Assembly (NCBI GenBank): GCA_012295275.1
Contig: CM022674.1
Coordinates: 8,928,001 to 8,992,000 of the forward strand
From: Chrysomallon squamiferum
Taxonomy: Eukaryota > Animalia > Mollusca
Direction: 5' to 3'
Length of the DNA: 64,000 bases
Shown: piece after piece, positions 1-12,442 of the stretch
Layout of the letters: each line of letters opens with the position of its first letter
How positions within the stretch are numbered: the first letter of the stretch is position 1
Notes under the pieces: generated by a model
Told to the model about the DNA's origin: nothing
What the model saw: the letters and a program-made list of their open reading frames with translations, nothing else
Database searches by the model: none
Position numbers and translations under genes: made by a program

Positions 1-612
1 TTTCTTCAGGTAAATAAAAACAGTTATATCTCTAGTCCTCACTCAAGTCACAGCAGTATTTCTTCCAATACCAGGTAAATAAAAACAATTATATCTCTAG
101 TCCTCACTCTGGTCACAGAAGTATTTCTTCCAATATAGGTAAATAAAAACAATTATATCTCTAGTCCTCACTCTGGTCACAGCAGTATTTCTTCCAATAT
201 AGGTAAATAAAAACAATTATATCTCTAGTCCTCACTCTAGTCACAGCAGTATTTCTTCCAATATAGGTAAATAAAAAAGTTATATCTCTAGTCCTCCTAG
301 TCACAGCAGTATTTCTTCCAATACCAGGTAAATAAAAAAATTATATCTCTAGTCCTCCTAGTCACAGCAGTATTTCTTCCAATACCAGGTAAATAAAAAC
401 AATTATATCTCTAGTCCTCCCTCTAGTCACAGCAGTATTTCTTCCAATACAGGTAAATAAAAAAATTATATCTCTAGTCCTCACTCTAGTCACAGCAGTA
501 TTTCTTCCAATATAGGTAAATAAAAAAATAATATCTCTAGTCCTCACTCTAATCAAAGCAGTATTTCTTCCAATACCAGATAAATAAAACAATTATATCT
601 CTAGTCCTCACC
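1..612. repeat. Minisatellite, ~9.5 tandem units of 61-65 bp, within a Rap1GAP intron (may extend beyond the window start)
   Basis: Unit consensus GTAAATAAAAACAATTATATCTCTAGTCCTCACTCTAGTCACAGCAGTATTTCTTCCAATA(C)CAG. GTAAAT recurs at 10, 75, 139, 203, 267, 328, 389, 453 and 516, and is mutated to ATAAAT at 580. Confidence 0.97.
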
Positions 613-667
613 ATAACAGTAATATCTCCTACCTCACTGACAAGATAAATAAAACTGTTTGTTACAG

Positions 668-3660
668 AATAAATCCTGGATGTGTTCAGTTGTCACCGTC
701 CAACTCGGAGAGCAGTTTTAACAGTATGGAAGAATTTACTCCAACTCACAACCACGTCCACGACGATTCCGACACTGGCATGGTAAGACTCTGTGTTCTA
801 ATTACACAGAATTTATTTTTAATTTTATTTTTATGAAATAACACAAATATGAAATATGGTTTATCAAAGCAAGTGTCAGCTGATTTTGTTGTGTGCATAT
901 CACAAAGAAATTACATTAAATAGAAAGATATTGTTCTTATGTATCTTACCATCTGTCTATGTCTTTGTCTCTCTTTTTGTCTCTATCTGTCTCATTCAAT
1001 AATACCTCATAAAGGGAGTAATTGGTTTATGCTCAACACTTGCTGGATAAATAAATATATAAAGTCAAGTAATACAGAAAATAAACAAGTAAATGATAAA
1101 GCATATGTAATGTTATCTTCAAAAATGCTGCTTTTCCTAAATGTAGTTATTTGTTTCAATTTATTTCAGTGACTATTTTAATAATAGTATTTATTAATAA
1201 TAATCTAATTATAAAAAAATTTTGATTTTTTAAAATAAATATATATTATCAAAGCTGAAATTTCATTTCATTTTGTTTGTAAATGGTTTGGGTTTTCTTT
1301 ATGTTGCACTGCTTTTTAGTTTTGCTTAAATGACACAATTATTTTCAAATAAATAAATAAATAAATAAGTAATTAAGGAGAAGTTAGTGTCTGGAAAAGC
1401 ATTTTTTTTTTTAAATTGTTAGTTCATAATTAGTTTCTGTAATTTGGTTTTATTGATGTTGCATTAGATATTTGTTTTTTTAAATGGAAATTAATTATTT
1501 TTCAACATTTTATTAAGTTACGCTTTTATTTTGTTTCTGAGTTTTGTTTCAATGACCATAGTTAATAAAAACAAAAGCTACAATCTTCAAAAATGTCTCG
1601 TTCCTAGAGTCTGTTATTTACTCAGATATGCTCCATAATTTCTCTTTGTTAAGTTATGTCATGATCCATTGAAATAAAAGTACTGTAAAAACATATATAT
1701 AACTGAGTAGAGTATGAAATAAAGTTGATTAATATGGTTAAATGTTTTGTCATTTTCATTCTCAAGATTTGTTTTACTTAATTAACCTGCATTTTTAAAC
1801 TTTTCAAAAATCGACCTCAACAACAGACACTGCTTTAGCTTTTCCTTTTTTCACAACATTTATTGTGGTCATAAGTTTGTGCCTCACCCCACCCACTGCC
1901 TTGCTTTGTAGTGCAATCTCTCCTCTTTTACAGGAGAGCATGTCCTCTGCTGGTACCCCTAGCAACCACATCCATGTTTCATTATCCAACAGTTTTAGTG
2001 AAGATGGTGGCTGTGTTTTTTCCCTTGATGGAGAACGTGAGCTTTAGCTTCTGATTTTTTATTAAAATTTTTGTTTGAGTTTTAATTAACATACTTGATT
2101 TAATTCTGTTATCAAAATACAAAACAAAACAGTATTATTTACAATTTTACTTTTAGTCTGTTCATAAGATCCATATTTATTATTTAATACTGTTTATTCA
2201 AAAAATTGCTATTTTATTCTTAATTATAATCTAAATTTATTTATGCAGCTGATAACTTTGCTATTAATTTGATCTGCACAGAAATTATCTATTTTCTTGT
2301 CAAGTTTTTATTTATAATTAGCAAAGAATGGTCAGCAATAATAAATAAAACATTTACTTATACATTGTATTTCTGATTTGAACCTAGAAATATATTAAGA
2401 GAATTATAAAAGAAATAAAATTAATAAATAGTTGATATTGTTTTTCTTAATTTAATCCCTCAGGAAATATTAAATACCAAAGAAAACAGGTATTAAAAAA
2501 TGATCTTCAATTTTTTTTTTCAAATTTGATATATTATTCCTAGTATTTTATTAAGCAATAAATGAATTATAATCCCAAGTTATTGTGTACAGTCTTGTAA
2601 ACATGACAGTTTGAAGTAAGTTTGATAATAAGAAATTAGATTTGTTTTTTTTTAAATTGATTTTTGTAATGGTGCTGGCTACACTGCTGGTTTTCACCTC
2701 ACTGTGTCACTGGAAACACAAACACAACTCTGCAGTGTCCAGACTGCAAGCATCTTCTCTCACTTCTTAGATTATAATAAATAAAATAAAACAGAATTTA
2801 ATTTAAAAGGTTATATACACAGTAGTTTTAATTTTGTTCTGCTTATATATTTGAGAACATTTTTGGTTACCTGTTTCATTAGATTTTTTAATGTCCAGTA
2901 CTTTATCTTAATTATTTTACTTACAACACATGAGATTTTTTTAATTAATTTTTTTATAAAATTATTCTTTGTTTTGTGTATGTATGCATATGCATGTGTG
3001 TGTGTGTGTGTGTGGTGTGTGTGTGTGTTTTAAATTAAAAGCTACAGTTATGGTAAAATTGAAAAATAAAACAAAAATAGCATTAAAAATAGAGGAAATT
3101 CCAGTTTGTTTAATACACTTGTGTATTTCAGTTGACCCAGTTACGAGACAGGCAGAGTTTTTGAAAGGGGAAGTGGCTCGACTGAAAAACGAGAAAATTG
3201 ATTTACTTCGCCAAAATGTGGTATGTTAAACTGGTTTTCTGAATATGTTATAAGTATAATGTTGTAAGATAATTTTCTATTTTATATTATAATTAAGAAT
3301 GAATATAAATTTTCATATAAAACTGTCAAATAATGGTTAATTCATGATTATTATTTTTAGTCATATGAATGAAACGTATCCCAGATATGATGCATGAAAT
3401 AAAATCTTTGTGAATATTTTAATCTATGATAAATTATTACATTCAGCAAGTAATATCTAGTCCTGTTTTTACCAATTATAAACCACTGTGTATATAAATC
3501 TGTCAGATGTGTTGTTTAATTGTTACAGTCGAGTCAGAAGGAAATTAAGAAGCTGAAGGATCAGGAAGTTAAGTTGATGGCAGATCTTGCTCACCTGACA
3601 CGGCAGCTACACAAACGTAAACCTCCAATCATTGAAATCAGTCCTGAGGCTACAGTTTAG
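668..3660 (+). CDS. RAP1GAP: Rap1 GTPase-activating protein, last four coding exons: join(668..782,1934..2036,3132..3220,3529..3660); 5' part lies upstream of the window
   Basis: All junctions are GT-AG and phase-consistent. Translation: ...FNSMEEFTPTHNHVHDDSDTGM/ESMSSAGTP...GE/LDPVTRQAEFLKGEVARLKNEKIDLLRQNV/SSQKEIKKLKDQE...PEATV*. SDTGxESxSSxGTP matches the Rap1GAP C-terminal region, and the LKxxKxDLLRQNV coiled coil matches invertebrate Rap1GAP tails (both recalled). The GAP domain itself is not in the window. Confidence 0.85.
2985..3028. repeat. (TG)n microsatellite
   Basis: Visible TG run in a Rap1GAP intron. Confidence 0.9.
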
Positions 3661-3670
3661 ACAGACTCAT

Positions 3671-3708
3671 CTCCTGACTAGACAACACTCTCCTGACTAG
3701 ACAACACT
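3671..3708. repeat. 19-bp tandem duplication just after the Rap1GAP stop codon
   Basis: CTCCTGACTAGACAACACT occurs twice in tandem. Confidence 0.9.
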
Positions 3709-6700
3709 CTTCTAAAAATATTTTCACAAGCATTCAACAGATTGCTCACAGAATTCAAAACAAAATATGTCCGTACACAGATTCAACATGAAGATAAAGC
3801 AGATTCAAAGAGATTCAAAACTGGACTTATCTGTACAGATTTGGACTTCAAATACTGAAATTATGATTCACAAGTGAATAATTTATATCTAAAGCACTGA
3901 GGCATGACAATGCAGCATAGCCACACAAAGGTTTAAAACTCAAACCAAAACTAATCTGTACTTTAAATTTGGAGATGCAGATTCGTTATTGATTTATCAA
4001 CAAGTTCATTCATCTGCTGGCTGTATAGCAAGATTTAAAACTGCTGAAAAACTTTGTTATAAATATATCACAAAATTTAGGCTTTTAAGTCTTTGCATAG
4101 ACTGCAGTGACAATCACCTTTCAGGTGAAATATATTTTCAAACAATTCACTGAGTCATGGAACTGGAAAAGTTCAGACAGAAAGTTTCAAAGCAACATTA
4201 AACACAGAAACAGACTTGTGATGGAAAACAGACAATTACTTCACAGTAAACATAGCAGCTTATTAAAATGTTATTGTCTTCTCTTTGTATTTTCACACTG
4301 GACAAAACCTAAGTTATTCATGAATCTCGTTACTTTCTTTATAACTTTGTTAATTCTGAATCTCTTAGTGTATGAACTGTCATACAGAGTAGCTCATGAA
4401 AAGATGCTAGTCAATAGTGTGAGCCAAATTTCATGTTTTCTGTGCCAAAAGCTGGATGTGAATGCTATTTGTGTTTGATAATTACTGATTCAGTATTACA
4501 ACATAGCTAACCAGGATGAAGTCATATGTGATAGACATCCAAATTTTGTGTAAAATTTACATTAAGTACAGGTCAAATACAATCTTATTATTTAAAATAT
4601 GTTAAATGTGTAATTTGATATTATTTTCATAAATGCTCACCATTTATTTCAGTTTACCTCATTGCAAGAAATCATCCCAAAGAACTGAGAAAGAGTTATT
4701 TTTATTGTTTACATTTATATAAATGTTACTTATTTTAATACTTGTGGTTACAGATTTGTTTTGTTGTCACTTAGCATGGTTAAGTTTCATGAGATCAGCA
4801 TTCCTTAACTGAAATTATGAGACCAAAATAACTGACATACAGATTGATTTCTCCATATCTTCCAAATAAATACATGGATATATGATTAAAAATAATTAGA
4901 AATTTAGAGATCATGGCAGAATTCAAAATTTGAAAATAATTATTACAGAACTGGGCAGCAATGATAAAAAAAGGATAATCAGTTTTGTATGTGTGTGTGT
5001 ATGTGTATGTGAATATGTTAGAACACTTGTGTTTTTAGGTATCTGCTCATATGTATGTCTAATTATACATTGGCATGATATACATATAATTATGTATCAG
5101 TTATCAGTAATTTTTGAATATGTTAACTGAATTTAAACATATTCTAAAATATAAAAAGCTTAACATGTTGTTTTTGCTTTTAAAATGTAAATTAACAATT
5201 TCTATATCAACAAACATTTTCTGTAACATAAACATGTTGAAATATTTGTCTAAACCAGTAAAGGTTCATTCATTGTCTTTACTGTTGCCTCTCTGTCCAA
5301 ATAAAATCAGTATTTAACATTAAATGCAAGTCTGGAATACATGATTTTGTTGTAGGTATTTATGTTCAGAATATAATTTGACATGAGTGTTATTGTTACA
5401 TTAGTAAAACTATTTATTTTGAAAAAAAAATTGTTTTTTTTATGTTGTATTATATATAATCAGGGGACATTTAGTACTAGTCATTCTCATAAAATTCAGG
5501 GGACTAATTTTTTAGCAGTGCACAGCTGGTAAATAAATGTAATTGAATATATTCAATTTTTTGCTTTTATTTTCAAGAGAATAATTTCTTTTCAACTGAT
5601 TTTTAAAAAAATGTATTATTATTATTATTATTTTACACAATTTAAAAAATATTTACAAGAAATATAGTGCTGAAGATACTTAATTTTATCATAGCTAGTC
5701 AAATATTTAGTTTAAAAAAAACCCTGTCAAATATAATGTTAATTTGATTTTAATTTTGTTCTGTATTAAAATTGATGCAATATTAAAATTACTTAACAAA
5801 CTTGTACCTATTTTGTATCACACAAGCCATTAAAAGTTATTTTATCAATCTGATAATACAGAAAATTTCAATTTGTTGAAAAAGTTTTCATTGCACATAA
5901 TTTTATATAAAAGCCAAATTATTAACCGTTGAATATAAAAATTTGAATAAATTAATATAAAATGAAGATACCACTGTATTAAGGGCTTGGTGCAATGTTA
6001 AACATTTTCTGTGTATTAATAGTTCTAACAGTTAATTTCACACATGTAATCAACCATACTGTATATAGTGTATGTATAAATAATGGTGCTTATGTGGTGC
6101 ATACCTGTATGTTGACCTGCTCAGCACAGGTAACTGAAAGTGCAATAGAATGAAGTATGTTGTATATTGTGTAGTGTCCAGTGTTCTGTGAGCTGTTATA
6201 TGCAGACATTTTATGTGAACTGTTTTTGTTTTTCTGCTGCTGTCAGATCAACTTGGTTGTATTTGTAATAAAATTTTCTCTGAACTTTCTTTTTTAAAAT
6301 GAAGTGAAACAGAAAAATAAATAGTTTCATTATTATTATTATACTTGGTATAATTGTTTCTAACAAAGACAATGGAAATATCCAAACATTAATTTGTAGA
6401 TACCTTTTTTCTGTAAAAAAAACAAAATTTTGAATTTCTTATCTATCTTTCAGTGTACTATAAGAATATTACAAAACTTTACAATCAATCTGTTTACCAT
6501 GTTAAAACAAATGTAGATTATTCCCTACCATCTGCAGTTCAGAATTAATAATATGTGCTGACATAAGTTAAAAAGAAATAATAATAATAAAAACATAAAA
6601 TAAAGCATGATTTCCATTGTTTCTAAATAAATGTTAACTGTTTACTGGTCAGTTTATATTAACATTTATGTTAAATAAGACCCGTAACTGATTTCCTTGA

Positions 6701-8050
6701 TGATGGCTTCATCTGAATAGTGGCAATTTCAAATTATTTAGCAAAACTATTCAGCATAAGTTGAAGGAAGCCAATTAATGAAATTAATTACCAACAAATT
6801 CAAAAACTCTTTCACAAATTAATTTTTTTGTCTCCTTTAATACAGAACAAGAAATCCTAAATTCTACAGACATTTGAAAGATGAATTAATAAAAACTCTT
6901 TTTTTATAGTTTGTTTGTACACTGTATATATATATTTAACTGTACATACTGAAAGCAGCCTCTCCACAAAATGGCATGTCTTATGCTCATCCGAATACAG
7001 TAAAATGGAAAATAAAAACTATTTGAAAAGTATTATCTTTGTTGTTTTTATAATCACTTGATGAAAACTGATAAGCCTGTAGTTAATTTGGAATAAGAAA
7101 TTGCTTGGTGTATGTTTTATTGTAAGGCATTTGTGACATGATTATTTCACCATTTTGTTTATCAAAGAAATATACCTTTTTAAAATAACACATTTATACT
7201 TCATTGAGAAAGAATGCCCTCATACTACTTGGTACATACACAGTCAAATTATTTTATTTTGTTCAAATGTTCATACTGATGTCAGGAAATGAAAATACTG
7301 CCTTTAATTTGGCTTCTTAGAAATTATTTATTGTAGCTGTTGGCTTTAAAAATTAACTGTTGAATATATTAATAAGAAATGAAATAATTATTACTCCTCA
7401 ACTTTCAAATAATGACGAACAAAAACTACATTTTAAAAATATTAAGATTACTAGTATACTTAAGTAATGTTAATAGTTATTCAGAACAGGAGGTAACAAA
7501 ATTAACAAAATTAATTCAAAAACTGAATGTTGTATTTGTTCATCCTTAACCATAATCGGTATAGAAAACAATGAACAAACAGTTGTATTTCCTACAGCTG
7601 TTTCAAGATGATAATAGTGGTTATAATATATTTTACGATATATTTTCTGCAGGTTATCATTCTAGTCACTTTTATTGCAATATCTGATACTACTTTGAAT
7701 TTCCACAATCAGATATAATACATTTAACAAATCTTAACTAAATACTATGATAATTTCCTAAAATAGATAACATTATTGTTTTATGCTGTGAAAGTTTTCT
7801 GGTCAAATGAGGTGAACTAGAAAAAAATGCAATAATGCAGTGAAGGAAAAAAAAAAAAAATTAAATCTAAAAATAATAAAATGTTTCAGTGATGAAATAA
7901 AGAATTAAAATCTACAACTTTGAAGAAAAAACACGATAAACTCAAGAAAAGGCTGTTATTAGTTTTATTCAGCAGAATTCAGATAATTTGCTGATAATCT
8001 GTCTTATATTCTGCAGTGAAATTCTAGAGATCCCATAACTAAATATTTAT

Positions 8051-9132
8051 TTATTTTGATGAAAAAATACTAATCTGGAACCCTCCTTTTCTTGCAATCT
8101 CAAGTTCTTTCTGAATAAATTCCACAGCATCAAAATCCTCTCCTGTTTTTTTAATTGTGTCCAGCTTTGCTTGGAATATGGCTTCCTTCTTTTTCTTCAT
8201 CAGAAGCCTCTGCTTTCTCAATGTGAATGCCATTCGTTTGCGGAATTTCAGCAGAAGATGTCTGTTCATCTTTCGTCTCCGAATTTTTAGGATCTTTCTT
8301 GCTTCTTTGGCTGGTGGACTTTTTTGAGTACTGCCACTGCTGTCAGGCAAAGGATCAATAATTTTGTTTATTTTTAATTCTGGGAGAGATATATCATAAA
8401 ACTGATGTGGCAAAGTTGGACAATCTAGTATCTGGTTTTGAGAAATTGATTTATCAAGAATAATAATGTCAGAAATGTTTAGATGGGATGGACAAATGTA
8501 TTCATGTGCTGTGCCTTGCTGGCTCTGAACAAACAGTTTGTTGTCAGGATGGTGTAATGGAGATACCACTACACTTTCAACTTCAGCTGGTGTAGGATTT
8601 GAGTTATCAAGTTGCCATGTTTTCTGAAGTTCTCGTTGAAGAAGGTTTGGTAATGTCAGAGTTTTCTGTTTTTGTAGTGAACTGGCTGACTCTTGCACAG
8701 TTTGAGAGAAAACACTGACTGGTAAATAATTCAGGTTTGTGCTCCCCACAGCAGCATTGTGAGTTAAATATCTTCCTGTAAAATAATTTAAATGTTAAAT
8801 CAGTGATTACTAATAAGAATGAAATTCGATTACACATTTAACAGAAAGCTTTTTATGTTATGAACTATTACAGTATAGTGCAGTCATAATGAAATTATAA
8901 ATTCTACTGTGTAAAATTAACTTTAAATAAACATATCCTTTGATGCTGATACAATTTCATAATACATGAAAACACTCTTTAATTTACATGCTAGATCATT
9001 AAAAAACAAATTCTTTGAATTAACATAAAAAATAATAATATAAAAAGAAAAGAGCTGCTAACCTCTTAGTCCAAGTTTGGACAGGACTTTGCAGAGTCTA
9101 CCAACTGAGGTAGGCAGACAGAGATTAGTCAT
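8051..9132 (-). CDS. AURKAIP1: Mitochondrial small-subunit ribosomal protein mS38 / AURKAIP1 (COX24-like C-terminal domain): complement(join(8051..8775,9063..9132)), 264 aa
   Basis: The C-terminal basic motif ARKILKIRRRKMNRHLLLKFRKRM is typical of mS38/DUF1713. The upstream exon MTNLCLPTSVGRLCKVLSKLGLR (basic, no acidic residues, presequence-like) splices in phase 1 to an acceptor at 8775. Confidence 0.88.
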
Positions 9133-9227
9133 TATCTGTACCTGAAACAACAATGTAATATAACAATATAAGTATTTATATACAACTAATAATATAAGTA
9201 TTCTTTCAGAAGCTGTAATATTTATAT

Positions 9228-9228
9228 T

Positions 9229-9265
<37 letters not shown>
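9228..9265. repeat. (AAT)n microsatellite
   Basis: Visible AAT run. Confidence 0.9.
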
Positions 9266-9656
9266 GTAACAGAGATATAAAAAAAAGTTTTGTTTTTGGT
9301 TTTAAATAAATGTTTTATTGCCACTAAAAAAAAAAAAAAAAAAAAAAAAAAATGTTTCTAAAATGCCACATATGATGTACAATAATTCTTCATGGCCATT
9401 TAGATGCAACAATGTAAATTTATCCAGGTGCATAAAATTGCTAATTTACAACTCTAACTAAGGAATCACAACTTGAAATTAATAAAAAATAGATGTACTA
9501 AGTCTGCTTATTACCTTGACTAATGTATGAAAAATACATCATTAATCTAATATTAAGGAAACTTTGATAGCAATACAGTGTTGCCTAATAAATCTAAGAA
9601 TGAAAATAAGAATATATGAAAATAAATAGCTTCTTAAACTCGTATGAATACAATTA

Positions 9657-10001
9657 TTTTTATATTTTGAATTATAAAAGTTACAATGACAACAAAATCG
9701 TGTTCCTGACTTTAGGCAGATTTAGAATACTTTATTTATTTTTGTTTCAATTTTTAGATTCTCTTGAACATCATAAATCAATGAGAAGTCTAAACATCTT
9801 AACGTAGTGTTACAGTTAGTAGAGTTACTAGTTTAGTAGTTACTAAGTTAGTAAAATGACATTGAATGATCGATCACGTTTTATCACAAAATGTGTGCGT
9901 TTCAGTCATATTATTAACAGGCATGGAAGCATTTTATATTTTGAATTATAAAAGTTACAAACAACTGCGGCAAAACCGTATTTCTTACTTTAGGCTGATT
10001 A
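9657..10001. repeat. Direct repeat of ~68 bp, with copies at 9657-9724 and 9931-10001
   Basis: The copies share TTTTATATTTTGAATTATAAAAGTTACAA...CAAAAYCGT...ACTTTAGGCWGATT. Confidence 0.85.
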
Positions 10002-10200
10002 ACACACGAAAACCAAAATTCCTAACTGAACGTTTTTTTTTTTTTACAAGGACGCAGACATAACAGTTTGCTATTTAGTAAATTCCTCCTTTTCAGTAGC
10101 CCGTAATTATTGTTTAAGTGATGCTAAAAAGGGAAAAACACTAAAATTAGTCACGCACTGGCCAAAATAAAAAATACGTTTGTAGTATTACCATGGTTAT
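9870..10200 (-). promoter_or_regulatory. Probable mS38 promoter and non-coding first exon (candidate minus-strand donor GTAAGA at 9988)
   Basis: Local cluster of CpG dinucleotides in otherwise CpG-poor DNA. The mS38 ATG exon has an upstream acceptor (exon start 9141), which implies a 5'UTR exon. Confidence 0.45.
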
Positions 10201-11218
10201 TATTATTGCATGATTTCTATCATTATTTTGTGGAATCCTAAATGTTGGAAGCAGTTCTGCTTAAATAAAGGTATTGCAGGAATTGTGTTTAAGTCAGTTT
10301 GAGATAAATTTTTATTTATTTTTAAATGATTAATATTAGCTTTCTTTTCTTTCATTAGGTATATTCGTTTAAATATTATGTTTCTTGCTCCTGCTATTCT
10401 TCAGATACTTTTCATTTTTTTTTTTTTTTTTTTTCACCTTTATACAATGTAACAGTTCTTCTTGATATTCATTTCTTTTCTTTTTTCTTTCTGTGAATAT
10501 TCATATTTTTGGATTTGTTTCTTATTACAAGTACTGAAGCATTTATCTGGCAAGCTTAGGACCGTGTGTGGCCTGATTTCTGGATATAAAGCTAAATATT
10601 TACTTACAAAGTATAAAATAAACAAAGAAAAATAAAGTCCGAAAATGTATTTAATAGGTATACTTCTAAAGTAGGGTCTTTATTAATTTTATATTAAATT
10701 TATTTTATATATTCTTACTTTAAATTCCCATTTTTATTGTTTCTTCTTGTTTGTTATTTCTTTTTTTTTTTTTTTTTTTCATGTGGCTTCGTTTTGTTTC
10801 TAACATATTGTTTATGGGGTTGTTTTTATTTTTTGAAATTTAAGTTTCTTCTATTTATTCTTTCTTCTTTTTATTATTCTTCGTCATTTTTTTTTCATGT
10901 GGATAATTTTTATATTTATTGTTTTAACTTATACATCTCTCTTCTTGCTTTTTCTTATTCTCAAGCTTTCTTTTTTCTACTCGTTCTTCTCTAATTAATT
11001 TTTTTTCTGTTTCTAGTTTCTACTTGTTCTTCGTGTTTGCTTTTTTTTTTTTTTTAATTTTCTTACCATTTTCTGATATTCTTATTTCTTCTTCTGCAAG
11101 TTTTTTTTTAAATATTTATTTATCATTTTAAATTTTGTTGCTATATATTATTATAACATAATTCATTCAGTTTCTTATTATTCAATCGTCTTGTTTCTTC
11201 TTATTCTTCTACATGCAT

Positions 11219-11219
11219 A

Positions 11220-11254
<35 letters not shown>

Positions 11255-11280
11255 ATGTATGTATGTATGTATGTATGTAT
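11219..11280. repeat. (TG)n-(TATG)n compound microsatellite
   Basis: Visible run. Confidence 0.9.
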
Positions 11281-11291
11281 AGCTAGCCATA

Positions 11292-11590
11292 CAGTGATAA
11301 CTTGACTTACGTGACCGAGCTCGTGGAAAGAGGTCTGCAACTTAGAAATTATTTTAATGCCTTTGGCTGGAGTTATAGCCTTCTGCTTCTGTATGGTACA
11401 TATTGTAAAAACACTACGCTCGTATTGCCTACCTATGTTGACTACATGCTACTTCTTGTCAGCAAAGTCCTTCGCATTCACTTTCTTAGGATCCATGGAA
11501 ATTTGGCAAAATACTGCAAAAAACGCGAGCACAACACAACAGAGATGCTTCCACGGCGGGATAACCGAGTAAAACACGGGATGGTAAAGA
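11292..11590 (-). mobile_element. Internally deleted pogo/Tigger-type DNA transposon relic (one TIR plus the 5' end of the transposase)
   Basis: TA|CAGTGATAACTTGACTTACG at 11290-11311 resembles a Tigger terminal inverted repeat with a TA target. The minus strand from 11496 reads MDPKKVNAKDFADKK*HVVNIGRQYERSVFTICTIQKQKAITPAKGIKIISKLQTSFHE, matching the N-terminal HTH region of TIGD1-like transposases (recalled) with a stop and deletions. I could not identify the second TIR. Confidence 0.8.
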
Positions 11591-12199
11591 ACCATTATTT
11601 ATTTATTTATTTACTACTACTACTGCTACTATTACTACTACTACTATCTGCTTTCTTCTGCAATTAGAAGAATTCTGTTGTACACATTCTAAATTTATAT
11701 ATATAAAATTTGGTGGTTTTTCTGTTCCTAATTTCATAAATATATATTGTTTCATATCGCATAAAAGTACGGTATTTGACTGATTGATTGATTTATTTAT
11801 TTATAAATGTAGGTTGAATACCGTGATTTTAGATATCGGATAATTTACAGTTTGGCTTTGTTGCTTTAAATGTACATTTGCCACCCATACATTCATTATA
11901 TACAACGATAAATGGTTCGTCCAGAAGAGATCTTGGATGTTAATGCGGACATAACTTCAAACATACAGATCAGTTAGACAAAGTAATATACAAACGTTAC
12001 TGGGTAAAAATTCTAAGATTTAATAATGCACAAATATTAAAGATCATTCACATGCAGCTTGTATTTATTTCTTTAAAAATCTTTATTTTCTTCTTTTTCT
12101 CTTTTAAATGCTTTATATATGTGTGCAGCATACTTTTCTAAATATTTTAGGTTTTAGGCAACTGCCATTTTTTAAATGTCCCTGGTTCACATACACCCT

Positions 12200-12442
12200 A
12201 ACCACCGCAAACATGTTAAAGATACCAGCGTCGCCAGTCTTGGTTTTTAATAATCTTTAATAATTACTAGCCTCGTTGAACATAGCCTATTCCGAAAGAT
12301 ATTTTACGCCAAATTGTCGGTGTTTCGCGGTTTCACGAGTGTTGTATTAAACATCATACGATCATATCCGAGTTTTTACGAATGAGCTATATACTCGTGA
12401 TTCTGCGTTTACAACGACGCAACAAGGAACATCATTGCCAAA
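12200..12442 (+). promoter_or_regulatory. CpG-rich promoter/5'UTR of AGTRAP
   Basis: Dense CpG cluster immediately upstream of the ATG at 12443. Confidence 0.6.

Noticed and set aside
1-612. CRISPR-like array, or the 76-aa repeat ORF 362..592 (-)
   Set aside because: The units are contiguous tandem copies without unique spacers, the context is eukaryotic and there are no cas genes. The ORF is a by-product of the repeat.
2037-2047. Rap1GAP isoform ending GEREL* by read-through of the donor at 2037
   Set aside because: Possible, but nothing in the sequence distinguishes it from an ordinary intronic stop.
11302-11667. Plus-strand ORFs 11302..11667 and 11357..11572 as genes
   Set aside because: They are antisense to the Tigger transposase relic, and the longer one runs into a (CTA)n microsatellite.
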